A DNA stretch of 63,021 nt from Candidatus Thorarchaeota archaeon. GTDB taxonomy: Archaea; Asgardarchaeota; Thorarchaeia; Thorarchaeales; Thorarchaeaceae. Below the pieces are notes generated by a model. It did not search any database and had not been told where the DNA came from. It saw only the letters and a list, made by a program, of their open reading frames with translations. The stretch covers positions 1-63,021 of the forward strand of contig JBHLRZ010000020.1 in assembly GCA_048882045.1 (NCBI GenBank), read 5' to 3'. The translations under genes were made by a program, and so were the position numbers. Numbering within the stretch: the stretch's first letter is position 1; every line of letters begins with the position of its first letter. Shown here in pieces: positions 48,584 to 58,109 of this stretch.

Positions 48584-49060
48584 ATGCCAACAAAGAGTGA
48601 TGTTAGAGAAGACGCACCTGCAGCGAAGGAGGCAATTGAGAACATCTCACCAGCTTACAAGGGAGGCTTCATTCGTCAAAAGCAGGATTATAGTCTAAAT
48701 CAGGAGGCAGTGAGTAGAATCAAGGCGTTCGTCGAGGAAGGCTATTCTTTTGCAGCAATGTTTGCCGACTGGTGCGGAGACGCCAGAAGGGCAATTCCTG
48801 TTCTAGCTCTTCTGGAAGATGAGATCGGCATAACTATTCCATGTCTTGGTGGGATGAGGAAACCTCCGTATGGTTCTGGCAAACTATGGGATGTACCGCC
48901 ATCTCCGGTCGAAGTGGACATTTTTGATGTGACCAGTAGTCCAACGATTCTGATCTTTGACAAGGAGGGAGAAGAGATAGGACGTATCAAGACCAAAGCT
49001 AGAATGACCCCCTCTATTGAGGAGGAGATTGTCAAAATCATAGAAGACTCTCGTTCATGA
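48584..49060 (+). CDS. Thioredoxin-family protein (monothiol WCGDA)
   Basis: ADWCGDARR..P, SPTILIFD..G.EIGRI. Confidence 0.8.
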   Translation: MPTKSDVREDAPAAKEAIENISPAYKGGFIRQKQDYSLNQEAVSRIKAFVEEGYSFAAMFADWCGDARRAIPVLALLEDEIGITIPCLGGMRKPPYGSGKLWDVPPSPVEVDIFDVTSSPTILIFDKEGEEIGRIKTKARMTPSIEEEIVKIIEDSRS

Positions 49061-49066
49061 CATACC

Positions 49067-50050
49067 TCATTTCAAAGCAGACATTATGTGCTCTCTAAAG
49101 AGTTGCAGACCTCGCTTGCTGGGCAAGTCTTCAAACCGTAGAGTAAAGTATGTTATTCCAAGATCGATGAGGGATTCAAACTTCTCGAGCAACTCCTCCG
49201 GTGTACCCATGATGATGACTGAGCTCCAAAGGTCATCTGGATATGCTTCAAGTCGCTTGATCTCGGATACATAGCGGTCTCTTTCCTGCTCATTCTCGTA
49301 GATCCAGAACCAACAACCCCATGACTTCACAATGTCATTGTAGTTACGCCCATGTTCTGAACACACCTTTTCTATGTAGCTGAGTCGATCCTGCAGGACA
49401 TCCAGATCCATACCTCCATAGATGTCAATGTGGTCTGCATGCTTTGCTGCAACACCAAGCGTTCGATTACCACGTCCTCCAATGACGATGGGAAACGGTT
49501 TCTGGACTGGTTTTGGTTCACAGATGACATTCTTGATCTGGAAGTATTTACCTTCGTAGGTGCTCAGGTCTTGAGTGAACATCATGTTCATCATCTCTAT
49601 CGTTTCCACGAGCTGAGCCAGTCGTATCTTGTGGTTTGGAAAGGGGAATCCGAATGCTTCATATTCTTTAGGAGTCCAACCAAGCCCCAGTCCAAAGGGA
49701 TACAATCGACCATTGGAGATGTGGTCAAGAGTGGCAATCTCCTTTATGAAGAGTGATGGATTGGGGAGATATCTCATTGTGTTTGTAGTGAGAGTTCCCA
49801 CAGTCACTTTCTCAGTTACAGCTGCGAGAGCTGCTAACATGGACATACAAGCGTACCTGGATACATCATCCATTGGATGATCCGGTACGATGATAGAATC
49901 GAATCCAAGTCGCTCACACTCTTGGGCGACATCTTTGATGACAGGCCACTGAATCCTGTCGTAGGGAGTGATGTTGATGTTCTCACTGTCCGGTGCAACA
50001 GTTGAAATGACACGACTCAATCTTACTCCGAACTTGATCTTGTCTTTCAT
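49067..50050 (-). CDS. LLM-class (F420/flavin-dependent) oxidoreductase
   Basis: GFDSI..PDH, ATLDHISNGRL..GLG.GW...E, PKPVQKP.PI.IGG. Confidence 0.9.
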   Translation of the reverse strand: MKDKIKFGVRLSRVISTVAPDSENINITPYDRIQWPVIKDVAQECERLGFDSIIVPDHPMDDVSRYACMSMLAALAAVTEKVTVGTLTTNTMRYLPNPSLFIKEIATLDHISNGRLYPFGLGLGWTPKEYEAFGFPFPNHKIRLAQLVETIEMMNMMFTQDLSTYEGKYFQIKNVICEPKPVQKPFPIVIGGRGNRTLGVAAKHADHIDIYGGMDLDVLQDRLSYIEKVCSEHGRNYNDIVKSWGCWFWIYENEQERDRYVSEIKRLEAYPDDLWSSVIIMGTPEELLEKFESLIDLGITYFTLRFEDLPSKRGLQLFREHIMSALK

Positions 50051-50147
50051 AGAATTCGACTTCCTATTTGAGAACGTCGTCTATGAAATGCGAGATTTAA
50101 GACCTTTGAACTAAGTCAAAAAATAATTGATAGAAATACTGATTCTC

Positions 50148-50552
50148 CTAATGTTGGCACTCTCGACAATTCTCAAATCCCTGTCGTTCGCAAATTGCAA
50201 CAACGTGTCCTCCATGTTTCTGTCCCCAAGCCTGCATCGCTTCTAGGGAGTCTTGAAGGTCTCGACCTTTTTCTGTTAATGTGTACCAGACCGCTGGCGG
50301 GATATTAGTTGCATCCACTTCACGGGTAAGGATTTCAGCCTCCTGAAGTTCACGTAGTCGCTGAGTCAAGATTTTCGGACTCACCCAGCTTAATTCTTTC
50401 TGAAGCTCATTGAAGCGAAGACCTATCGAAGCCTCTGGTCTCAGTAAAACTTGTATGATGAGTATGGACCACCTTTTGCCCAACACACGAGCTGCTGCAA
50501 ATACCGGACACATCTCCACAGATTCTTTTGATCGCACAGTCATCCTATTCAC
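50148..50552 (-). CDS. HxlR-family winged-helix regulator with Cys-rich tail
   Basis: CPV.....LG..WS.LI, RFNEL, LTQRLREL, PP.V.Y.LTEKG; tail C......C..C. Confidence 0.9.
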   Translation of the reverse strand: MNRMTVRSKESVEMCPVFAAARVLGKRWSILIIQVLLRPEASIGLRFNELQKELSWVSPKILTQRLRELQEAEILTREVDATNIPPAVWYTLTEKGRDLQDSLEAMQAWGQKHGGHVVAICERQGFENCRECQH

Positions 50553-50555
50553 TTA

Positions 50556-50614
50556 CCAAATAGTAACTACTATATTTATAATAGTAATGATGTTAAAAAA
50601 AGTTAACTATCATT
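50556..50614. promoter_or_regulatory. Divergent promoter with palindromic putative operators
   Basis: atagta-ac-tactat (50560-50573); aatgatgttaa...ttaactatcatt (50586-50614); TATA-like tatttata. Confidence 0.5.
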
Positions 50615-50634
50615 AAGAAGAGGGATTTCACACT

Positions 50635-51375
50635 ATGAGTACTGCAAAACGTCTTATGATCCACATTGATGAAGAACTATGTACTGGTTGTGGGAATTGC
50701 GTTCCTGGTTGTGCTGAAGGGGCATTACAGATCATAGACGGAAAGGCAAGATTAGTTTCTGAAACATATTGTGATGGTTTAGGAGCATGTCTTGGCGAGT
50801 GTCCAGAAGGGGCTCTGACTCTTAGAGAGGTTGATGCTCTCCCATTCGACGAGGAAGCAGCTCAGGAGAATATACGAAGAGCAAAGATAGCTAGTAAAGA
50901 TGTGAATTGTGCAGGTAGTGAAGGGTACACATACTCTGGTACTGAAGATGTTCATGATGGACCGGACCACCTGCTTCCTGAGTCTGTGTTGAAACCAAAA
51001 GAATCAGCACTGACACACTGGCCTGTGAAGCTGAAGCTCCTAAGCACTCAACATCCAGCTCTCAAGAACTCAAGCCTCTTGATATTAGCAGATTGTGCTG
51101 CTTTAGCCTACACTGCAGTTCATGATGACTTTCTGAAAAACAAGACTGCAATTCTGGTATGCCCAAAGTTTGAGAACGCTCAGGAGAACCTATTCAAACT
51201 CACTGAGATGTTCAGAATAAATGCGATCAAGGACGTGTCTGTAGTCCACATGGAGGTTCCGTGTTGTCACGGGCTTGCTAGACTAGTTGCTCAGGCAGTA
51301 ATAAACTCCGGACTCAACATACCTATGAGAACATTTGAGATTGGAGTCAAAGGAAATATCAAGGCAGTCACATAG
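50635..51375 (+). CDS. 4Fe-4S ferredoxin-domain protein
   Basis: CTGCGNCVPGCAEGAL, CDGLGACLGECP, WPVKL, ADC, CPK, MEVPCC. Confidence 0.9.
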   Translation: MSTAKRLMIHIDEELCTGCGNCVPGCAEGALQIIDGKARLVSETYCDGLGACLGECPEGALTLREVDALPFDEEAAQENIRRAKIASKDVNCAGSEGYTYSGTEDVHDGPDHLLPESVLKPKESALTHWPVKLKLLSTQHPALKNSSLLILADCAALAYTAVHDDFLKNKTAILVCPKFENAQENLFKLTEMFRINAIKDVSVVHMEVPCCHGLARLVAQAVINSGLNIPMRTFEIGVKGNIKAVT

Positions 51376-51393
51376 AATGAGTCTGGCGATTCT

Positions 51394-52569
51394 ATGGCAG
51401 CAGAACGTAAGAAGATTCTGAAAGAGATAGTGGAGAAGATAGGTGCTGGCGAAGACCTAGCTAAACTGAAGCACTACTTTGTGAAGAATCTTGGAGCTAT
51501 TAATCCTGTAGAAGTAGAATTCTATCAAGAGGAGTGGGCGAATGAAGGAGTGAAAGAGAAACACTTTCTTGTCCTTCATGAAATGAGTCTAGAAGTGCTC
51601 AGGGAATCGATCCAGAACCAGGATCCAATTGTGGAGAAAGGTCATCCCCTTTACACTCTGATGAAAGAGCATTCCGTGCTCATGGAATATGCGAACGAGT
51701 TGCATTCACTTGTCAGCACACTGGCTTCAGGCGATAGGGAGAAGAGATCGGAATTTATAGATCGAATTCGCCAACTGATTGGTTTCTTTGAAGAATCAGA
51801 ATCTCATTATCTGAGGGAGGAGAACGCTCTCTTTCCAGTTATTGAAAAGAAGGGACTTACTGGACCGCCAGCTGCTATGTGGAGTGAGCATCAAGACGTT
51901 CATACACTCGAAAAGAGTGTCTTCGAATTGAAAAACGAAGCAGAATCAAATCTAGAGAAGTTGAACTCACTCTCAATCAATCTTGCTAATCTTCTTGCAA
52001 GTCATTTCAATAAGGAGAACAACATTCTGTTTCCTGCATCCCTAAGATTGCTTAGTGAAGAAGAATGGGCAACAGTTGTAAAGGACTTCGATGACATCGG
52101 ATATTGTAGCTACTCCATTAAGCCTATTGGAACAGGGATGACCACTGAGACCGTGTCTGAAGAAGGCGAGGTTGTCTTTGGGAGTGGTAAACTCTCTGTT
52201 GAAACGCTAGAGGCAATCTTCAGTCATTTACCTGTTGACATAACCTTCGTGGATGCGCAAGACAGGGTACAGTTCTTCAGTGAGTCTCAAGAGCGAATCT
52301 TCGTGCGATCTCGGGCAATAATCGGGAGAAGTGTTCAGCTCTGCCATCCTCAAGCTAGTGTTCATATTGTTGAGAAAATCCTCAACGACTTCAGAGACGG
52401 AAAACGTGACTCTGCTGAGTTTTGGATTATCCTTAGAGGGAAACTAATTCACATCCGATATTTTGCAGTGAGAAACGTTGATGAGAAGTATCTAGGTTGT
52501 TTAGAGGTAAGCCAAGATATCACTGATATTGTCAAAATCAAGGGTGAGAAAAGACTTCTAGATGACTAA
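51394..52569 (+). CDS. DUF438/hemerythrin/PAS-domain protein
   Basis: GHP..TL..EH, HY.REEN.LFP, MWSEH, KENNILFP, IGRSVQLCHP, YLG.LEV.QDIT. Confidence 0.9.
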   Translation: MAAERKKILKEIVEKIGAGEDLAKLKHYFVKNLGAINPVEVEFYQEEWANEGVKEKHFLVLHEMSLEVLRESIQNQDPIVEKGHPLYTLMKEHSVLMEYANELHSLVSTLASGDREKRSEFIDRIRQLIGFFEESESHYLREENALFPVIEKKGLTGPPAAMWSEHQDVHTLEKSVFELKNEAESNLEKLNSLSINLANLLASHFNKENNILFPASLRLLSEEEWATVVKDFDDIGYCSYSIKPIGTGMTTETVSEEGEVVFGSGKLSVETLEAIFSHLPVDITFVDAQDRVQFFSESQERIFVRSRAIIGRSVQLCHPQASVHIVEKILNDFRDGKRDSAEFWIILRGKLIHIRYFAVRNVDEKYLGCLEVSQDITDIVKIKGEKRLLDD

Positions 52570-53435
52570 GGCCAGGATGGTCGCATCGACACATAGGGTT
52601 CTTCCATTTTCTTCGTGAGTATGGAAACTGGCATGTGGGGAGTGTCAAACTGGACAGCAATCTCACCCTGATTATCAATGAGGATTAGGCCAGCCTCTCC
52701 ACTCGTCTTTTGACGAAGTTCAGCCATGACCAGTCCCACTGCCTCACGAGTAGACATTCCCTGTTCCACATGGAAGACTGCTAATCTTCCCATCGTGATC
52801 CGGAGTATCTGTTCACCTTTACCAGTGCAGCTCGCACCAGCAACATCATTGGCATAGACTCCAGCACCAACTATGGGACTGTCACCAACTCGACCTGGGA
52901 GCTTGCCAGGCCAACCACTCGTTGAGGAAGCCGCTGCTATTCGACCATTCTCATCTACAGCCACTGCTCCCACTGTGTCACACTCTCGAGATATGAGAGG
53001 TCTCTCAGTCCTTGCAATCTCAATCGCCTCACGATAACCTTCATCGACCATTTGTTTGTAGAGCTTGTCAGCGCCTGATCCTACAATCTGAGAGTTGGAT
53101 GTCCGGTCCAAAACATATCTGGCTAGGGAAATGGGATGAATGATATCTCGAACTGCCATAACTGCTCCACTCTCGAGGCGCTTTCCATCCATAATGACAG
53201 CATCGAGTTCAATTTCTCCATCTCGGTTCCTGCATGCACCTTTTCCTGCTGTAAAAAGCTCAGTCTCCTCAAGGACCCAAATTGCAGTTTCCACAGCGTC
53301 CAATGATGATCCCCCGTTGTCCATAGCACACATCCCTCTGAGAGCTGCGTCTTTTGCCGCATCAAGAATTGCAGGGTGATGTACTTCTTCGAAGACTGTT
53401 GCACCACAATGGACAACTATCGCGGGAACCTTCAC
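52566..53435 (-). CDS. Isoaspartyl peptidase / L-asparaginase, second paralog
   Basis: IVVHCGA, DTVGAVA, STSG, GRVGDSP. Confidence 0.88.
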   Translation of the reverse strand: MKVPAIVVHCGATVFEEVHHPAILDAAKDAALRGMCAMDNGGSSLDAVETAIWVLEETELFTAGKGACRNRDGEIELDAVIMDGKRLESGAVMAVRDIIHPISLARYVLDRTSNSQIVGSGADKLYKQMVDEGYREAIEIARTERPLISRECDTVGAVAVDENGRIAAASSTSGWPGKLPGRVGDSPIVGAGVYANDVAGASCTGKGEQILRITMGRLAVFHVEQGMSTREAVGLVMAELRQKTSGEAGLILIDNQGEIAVQFDTPHMPVSILTKKMEEPYVSMRPSWP

Positions 53436-53489
53436 TCACTACACCGATTCAAAATGTCCCAAGTCGGGACAAAAAGATATCGTAAAGGG

Positions 53490-54392
53490 TTAGAGTCCTA
53501 ACCTGTGTAACTCTTGTTCGAAAACTTCTTTCCTATAGTTGAGTTCATACCTCTTCTCTGCAAACTTCTCAAGATCGATGGCTTGTGCCCGTGCCTGTTC
53601 ATCAAGACTAGCGATCTCTTCCTTGATCTCAGCAAGTCGTTCTCGAATCACATCAACCCTTGATGCAGCACCCATCTGTGTATCATTGGTGGGTGTCTGA
53701 ACAGAGATGATCTGCCCGTCACGTATTCTGAAGATACGATCAGCCTGCCGTGCTATCGATGGGTCATGTGTGACCATGAGGACAGTCTTCCCATACTCCT
53801 TGTTCACTGTGTGAAGATACTCAACGATAATTCCTCCAGTTTCTGTGTCCAGGTCTCCTGTGGGTTCATCAGCTAGTAGAACTTGAGGATCATTAGCAAG
53901 AGCAGAAGCAATTGCCACACGTTGCCGTTCGCCACCAGAGAGTTCATCGGGTTTGTGCTTCATTCGGTCATCCAAACCCACTATTGAGAGCAATTCCTCT
54001 ACTCGCCTCTTTCTGGTACTTCCATCTGCTTTAGCGGCAAGCATGGGCAACTCTACGTTTTCATAAGCAGTCAAGGTTGGAATGAGGTTGAGTTCTTGAA
54101 AGACGTGTCCAACTATTTCTCTCCTAAGTGCGACGAGCTGGACTGGTGATGCATTGGTCACGTCGTAACCTGCGACAACAGTGTTCCCAGCTGTTGCTCT
54201 TGTGATGCCGCCGAGTATGTTTAGCAACGTGGTCTTTCCAGAACCACTCGCTCCCACAATGGCGACCATTTCTCCCTTATCAACTCTCAAGGAGAGTCCC
54301 CTAAGAGCCTGTACCTCTACAGTTCCTAAACGGAAAACCTTGACGAGGTCATCAACTTGAATGTATGATTTATCTTTCATCATCATTATCAC
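53490..54392 (-). CDS. ABC transporter ATP-binding protein (LolD/MacB-like) with C-terminal coiled coil
   Basis: GASGSGKT, LSGGERQR, LADEPTG, VTH. Confidence 0.93.
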   Translation of the reverse strand: MIMMMKDKSYIQVDDLVKVFRLGTVEVQALRGLSLRVDKGEMVAIVGASGSGKTTLLNILGGITRATAGNTVVAGYDVTNASPVQLVALRREIVGHVFQELNLIPTLTAYENVELPMLAAKADGSTRKRRVEELLSIVGLDDRMKHKPDELSGGERQRVAIASALANDPQVLLADEPTGDLDTETGGIIVEYLHTVNKEYGKTVLMVTHDPSIARQADRIFRIRDGQIISVQTPTNDTQMGAASRVDVIRERLAEIKEEIASLDEQARAQAIDLEKFAEKRYELNYRKEVFEQELHRLGL

Positions 54393-57182
54393 CTACGACC
54401 GTAATAGAATCACTTTGCTTTCTGCTCTCCTTGAGGCCCACCAGACTGGGATTATTGCTGCCAAAAGTACAACACCCAGAAGAATCAAGATTGTATTACC
54501 TGCTGCTCCGCCTAAGACAATCTGATATCTGATTAGACCTGGTTGGTTCTGGTTTAATTGGGAAACCTGTCCGAGATTTTCAACATATCCGACGAACAGC
54601 CCCATAAACAATGCGAAGACAATTGTCACTAATACCTCAGCAAGTAGCGTCTTGAATAGCTGCCACCGGTTGAACCCTCTGACAGAAAGTAATGCAATCT
54701 CGGTATCCTTCTCTCTCAGAGTGAGAATCACCACGATTGCTGTTCCGACGACAGCAAGTATTACCGCAAATGAAATCGCCATCCACTGAATCTTGACGGT
54801 CCCACTCCTTAGTGGACTGCTATTGTAATCTGCAAGTTCAGATGTCACTGAGTAGCTCGCATAGACCTCTGAGATGTCAGTTGCGAACTGCTCTTGGAGA
54901 AGAGTACCATTTGCCCCTTCAGTAGTATCTACAAGAATATTGGCAGTTGAGGTCATCAACAACATACTTGAGTTCAGAAATCCTTCAGAAACATATGAGA
55001 GATATTCCCCACCCGTTGCAAATGTAACACCACCAAAGATCACCTCGATAGTTGTCACATATCCAATCAATCCAGCAATAGTCAGTTCATAAGTTCCAAA
55101 TCCAAAAGGACCTTCTACGAATATCGAATCACCAATTTCCAGCTCCAATTGCTGAGCGACGTCTCGAGACAGGATTATCTCATCGTCGCCCAAATTTGAA
55201 ATCATTTCACTGAAGTCGCTCACTCCCCATTGAGGTTCCCAGAATCCGATTCCAAGCCATTCATCTGGTCTAATTCCTCGAGTATTGATTGTAACCTGTC
55301 CAACATTGAGATCGAGGTAATACTCGGGTGTAGCACCTCGTACCGAACCGTATGTTTCAACAGTTGACAGAATTTCACTAACATTGGCACCAGGATTCAG
55401 CTGAAGTCGCACATCTGCTCCAACATCATACTTCGCAGTTCTCTCGGTTTGATCATATTGAGAGTAGAGACTTCCAGTAGCAAATATGCCGTATGAAACA
55501 ATCAGGGCTATGATAAATACAAGCGAAGCTGTTCTCGAGGGATTTCTCTTCACATTTCTGGTCGCCAAATTTCCGAAGGCACCGAAGAATCTTCTCCCAG
55601 CATTGACCACTGCCTCCTGAAATCTCAGAGACCCCTTCATGAAAACTCGCGTTGCGCCATAGAGAAACATCAATGGACCAAATGTACCAAGAATACCATC
55701 AACAGCAAGCCAACCTGCAATTACTAAAACAATAGCGAAGTTACCTGAAGGTATTGTTGTGAAAAGTGCGGACACATTGACTCCGAGTATCCAAACTATC
55801 ATCTTGTATGTGCCAAGAATCAAACATATTGTTGGTAACAAACGTTTGTACTCAGAGGTCTCTTCAACAAATATGTACTGCTTCAATGCATCAAGAATCT
55901 CCAACTTTGATGCACGACCTGCGGGTCTCCATACTGAGAAAAGACCCAAGAACATCCCGAGAATGATCGATAAAATGACCGATATTATATTGAGCAGAAC
56001 ACCCGAAAGTATGTCAACATTGGTCACGCCTAGAACGTAATAGGCAGCCCAAGTGCCTAAGAATATAGAGATTCCTCCTGCTAGTCCGCCAACAAGAGCA
56101 CCTTCGATGAGGAACATTCGTTTGATGGTATGACGTTGGTATCCCTTTGTGAGTAGTAGACCTATCTCTCTTCTTCTGAAGTTATATCCTACATCACTCA
56201 CCATAGTTCCGACAAAATATGACAACAGAAAGATTGGGAGCGACAACACCAGAAACTGTGCACTCATTCCAATCTGAGTAAACTGATAGAACATAAGGGG
56301 AAACTGAAGGTTAGAGATTACACTTGCATCATAAACTGATGTTCGAGTACTGATTAACTGACCAAGGTCTTGTAGTCGAGTCACCGAGGCACTAACATCG
56401 TAGGGGTCCAAATATAGAGCCCTGTCTATCTGTAGATGGACAATATTACGGATATTCACTCCAGTATGTGAACCGACCGTAGCCGCCTCTTCCAGTATGG
56501 AAGAAAAGACCATATTCCAGTCGGTTATCATCATGTTATAGGTGGGATCAATCGAAAAGCCAATCGCACCACCCTCTCCCAAACTGGCAAGCAGTGCAAA
56601 AAGACCACCTATTGCACTGGGAGTTATTGATCGTCGTGTATCATCTGGAAGAGAAACAAGCCCTGCTATTGTAAGATTTCTCTGAATTATATAGGGTGGG
56701 TAAAATCCTCGTGAAACAGTCACGTTGACTTCTACAACTTGATCAAGAGTAAAAAGAGACTCATTCCGAGACCCGCTCACAATATAGGTCTCATTTGGAC
56801 CCAAAGAAGATCTCCCTGAAATTAATTGCAGCTGTGATGCAAATTCTGAATCAAGCTCTACTCCAGCCAGTGTGAAATTCGTATTCGTTCCATTTGTCAA
56901 GAATGTCAGTGATGAAGTCCGAGATGCTGTTGTAATTCCTTCCAGATCGAGTAAATCAGCTTCTAGATTTCCAAAATCATCTACGGTCCAGTTCGATCTT
57001 GGCGAGTCTACAGAAAAGTCGTAGGGAATCCCTTCCACACTAGCATCAAGTGCATCTCTTGAGAGTATGTCAGCCGCAACATTGGTTGATGTGAAGAAGG
57101 TTGTAGCAAGAAGGACTCCTATGGTTAGGGCAATGAAGAGTCGATAGCTACGGACAACTCGTTTTAGGGCGTACCTGAACAT
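54393..57182 (-). CDS. FtsX/MacB-like ABC permease
   Basis: Two FtsX halves (RRREIGLL..KG; EIALL..RG), VGADVR; likely ATG at 57182. Confidence 0.85.
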   Translation of the reverse strand: MFRYALKRVVRSYRLFIALTIGVLLATTFFTSTNVAADILSRDALDASVEGIPYDFSVDSPRSNWTVDDFGNLEADLLDLEGITTASRTSSLTFLTNGTNTNFTLAGVELDSEFASQLQLISGRSSLGPNETYIVSGSRNESLFTLDQVVEVNVTVSRGFYPPYIIQRNLTIAGLVSLPDDTRRSITPSAIGGLFALLASLGEGGAIGFSIDPTYNMMITDWNMVFSSILEEAATVGSHTGVNIRNIVHLQIDRALYLDPYDVSASVTRLQDLGQLISTRTSVYDASVISNLQFPLMFYQFTQIGMSAQFLVLSLPIFLLSYFVGTMVSDVGYNFRRREIGLLLTKGYQRHTIKRMFLIEGALVGGLAGGISIFLGTWAAYYVLGVTNVDILSGVLLNIISVILSIILGMFLGLFSVWRPAGRASKLEILDALKQYIFVEETSEYKRLLPTICLILGTYKMIVWILGVNVSALFTTIPSGNFAIVLVIAGWLAVDGILGTFGPLMFLYGATRVFMKGSLRFQEAVVNAGRRFFGAFGNLATRNVKRNPSRTASLVFIIALIVSYGIFATGSLYSQYDQTERTAKYDVGADVRLQLNPGANVSEILSTVETYGSVRGATPEYYLDLNVGQVTINTRGIRPDEWLGIGFWEPQWGVSDFSEMISNLGDDEIILSRDVAQQLELEIGDSIFVEGPFGFGTYELTIAGLIGYVTTIEVIFGGVTFATGGEYLSYVSEGFLNSSMLLMTSTANILVDTTEGANGTLLQEQFATDISEVYASYSVTSELADYNSSPLRSGTVKIQWMAISFAVILAVVGTAIVVILTLREKDTEIALLSVRGFNRWQLFKTLLAEVLVTIVFALFMGLFVGYVENLGQVSQLNQNQPGLIRYQIVLGGAAGNTILILLGVVLLAAIIPVWWASRRAESKVILLRS

Positions 57183-57393
57183 CGCGGCTGTTTCCTCCAA
57201 CGCATCAAGAATTGGGTTCAAATTCTTATAAGTTGTTTGGTATTTGACAAAAACCAAACAATCTTAACGATTCCTCGCATGTCGATCAAAGGGAGATGGT
57301 CATGTTCGGATTACTTGTGTAGCAATGTTCTTGAACTTATAAGATTCTCGATTATATCATATGTGATATAATTTTCCTAATATATGAACTGAC

Positions 57394-57930
57394 TCACGCA
57401 ACAGGGTTGCGTCGCCTATCATAGTATCGAGCCAGAATAATGACAACTACGATGAGTCCAATACCACTAGTGACCACGATTGGCATTGTGATATTGGGAT
57501 CAATAGGAATCTCAGGTTCAGCCTCAAAATCGATGTTCACATATGCGGAATTCCTTGTGTTATTTGCCAAATCAAAAGCACGGATTCTGACTCTGAACGT
57601 TCCATCGTTTGGAAAAGCTGGGACTGAACCAGTATAGAAAGTGCCGTTGAAGGCCATTAATCCGTTGAGTGTCATGTTTGGACCTGTGACCTGGACAGTG
57701 ACGTTCCTTAATGCAGGATCATCATCGTTCAGGATCTCATCATCTGACACATTTGCCCAGACATCAAATCCAAGACCTTCCATTGGATCTCCTTCAATAC
57801 CCCACGCGTGAATGGTGGGTGCAGTGATATCTTGGCTGATTGTGAAGCTGGCTTTGGTGGGTGAAACAAATAGAGCCATGACAACAAAGATACCGATGAA
57901 GGTCAAAAGTCTAAGTCGGTCCATGGTCAT
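57394..57930 (-). CDS. Small secreted Ig-like protein with C-terminal TM anchor
   Basis: Signal peptide, D.TAPTI, VWANVSD, AFDLANN, TM plus RRR. Confidence 0.7.
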   Translation of the reverse strand: MTMDRLRLLTFIGIFVVMALFVSPTKASFTISQDITAPTIHAWGIEGDPMEGLGFDVWANVSDDEILNDDDPALRNVTVQVTGPNMTLNGLMAFNGTFYTGSVPAFPNDGTFRVRIRAFDLANNTRNSAYVNIDFEAEPEIPIDPNITMPIVVTSGIGLIVVVIILARYYDRRRNPVA

Positions 57931-57982
57931 CAAACCGCAGAACTCTTTTCCCTTAATTAGGCCACTCATTCACGCACAATCG

Positions 57983-58022
57983 GAAGAAAGAGAAGACTGC
58001 TTCGTGCGAGCAACGCGGTCCT
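57983..58022. repeat. GC-rich intergenic repeat, copy D
   Basis: gcttcgtgcgagcaacgcggt identical to the core of the 62933 copy. Confidence 0.8.
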
Positions 58023-58109
58023 TTGCTGTATATGTCAGAAACCCTTCTAGAATGTAGAAGAGGAAACAAAATCTCGATTGCTTCCTTTTCCGTCCATGTT
58101 TTTCATATC

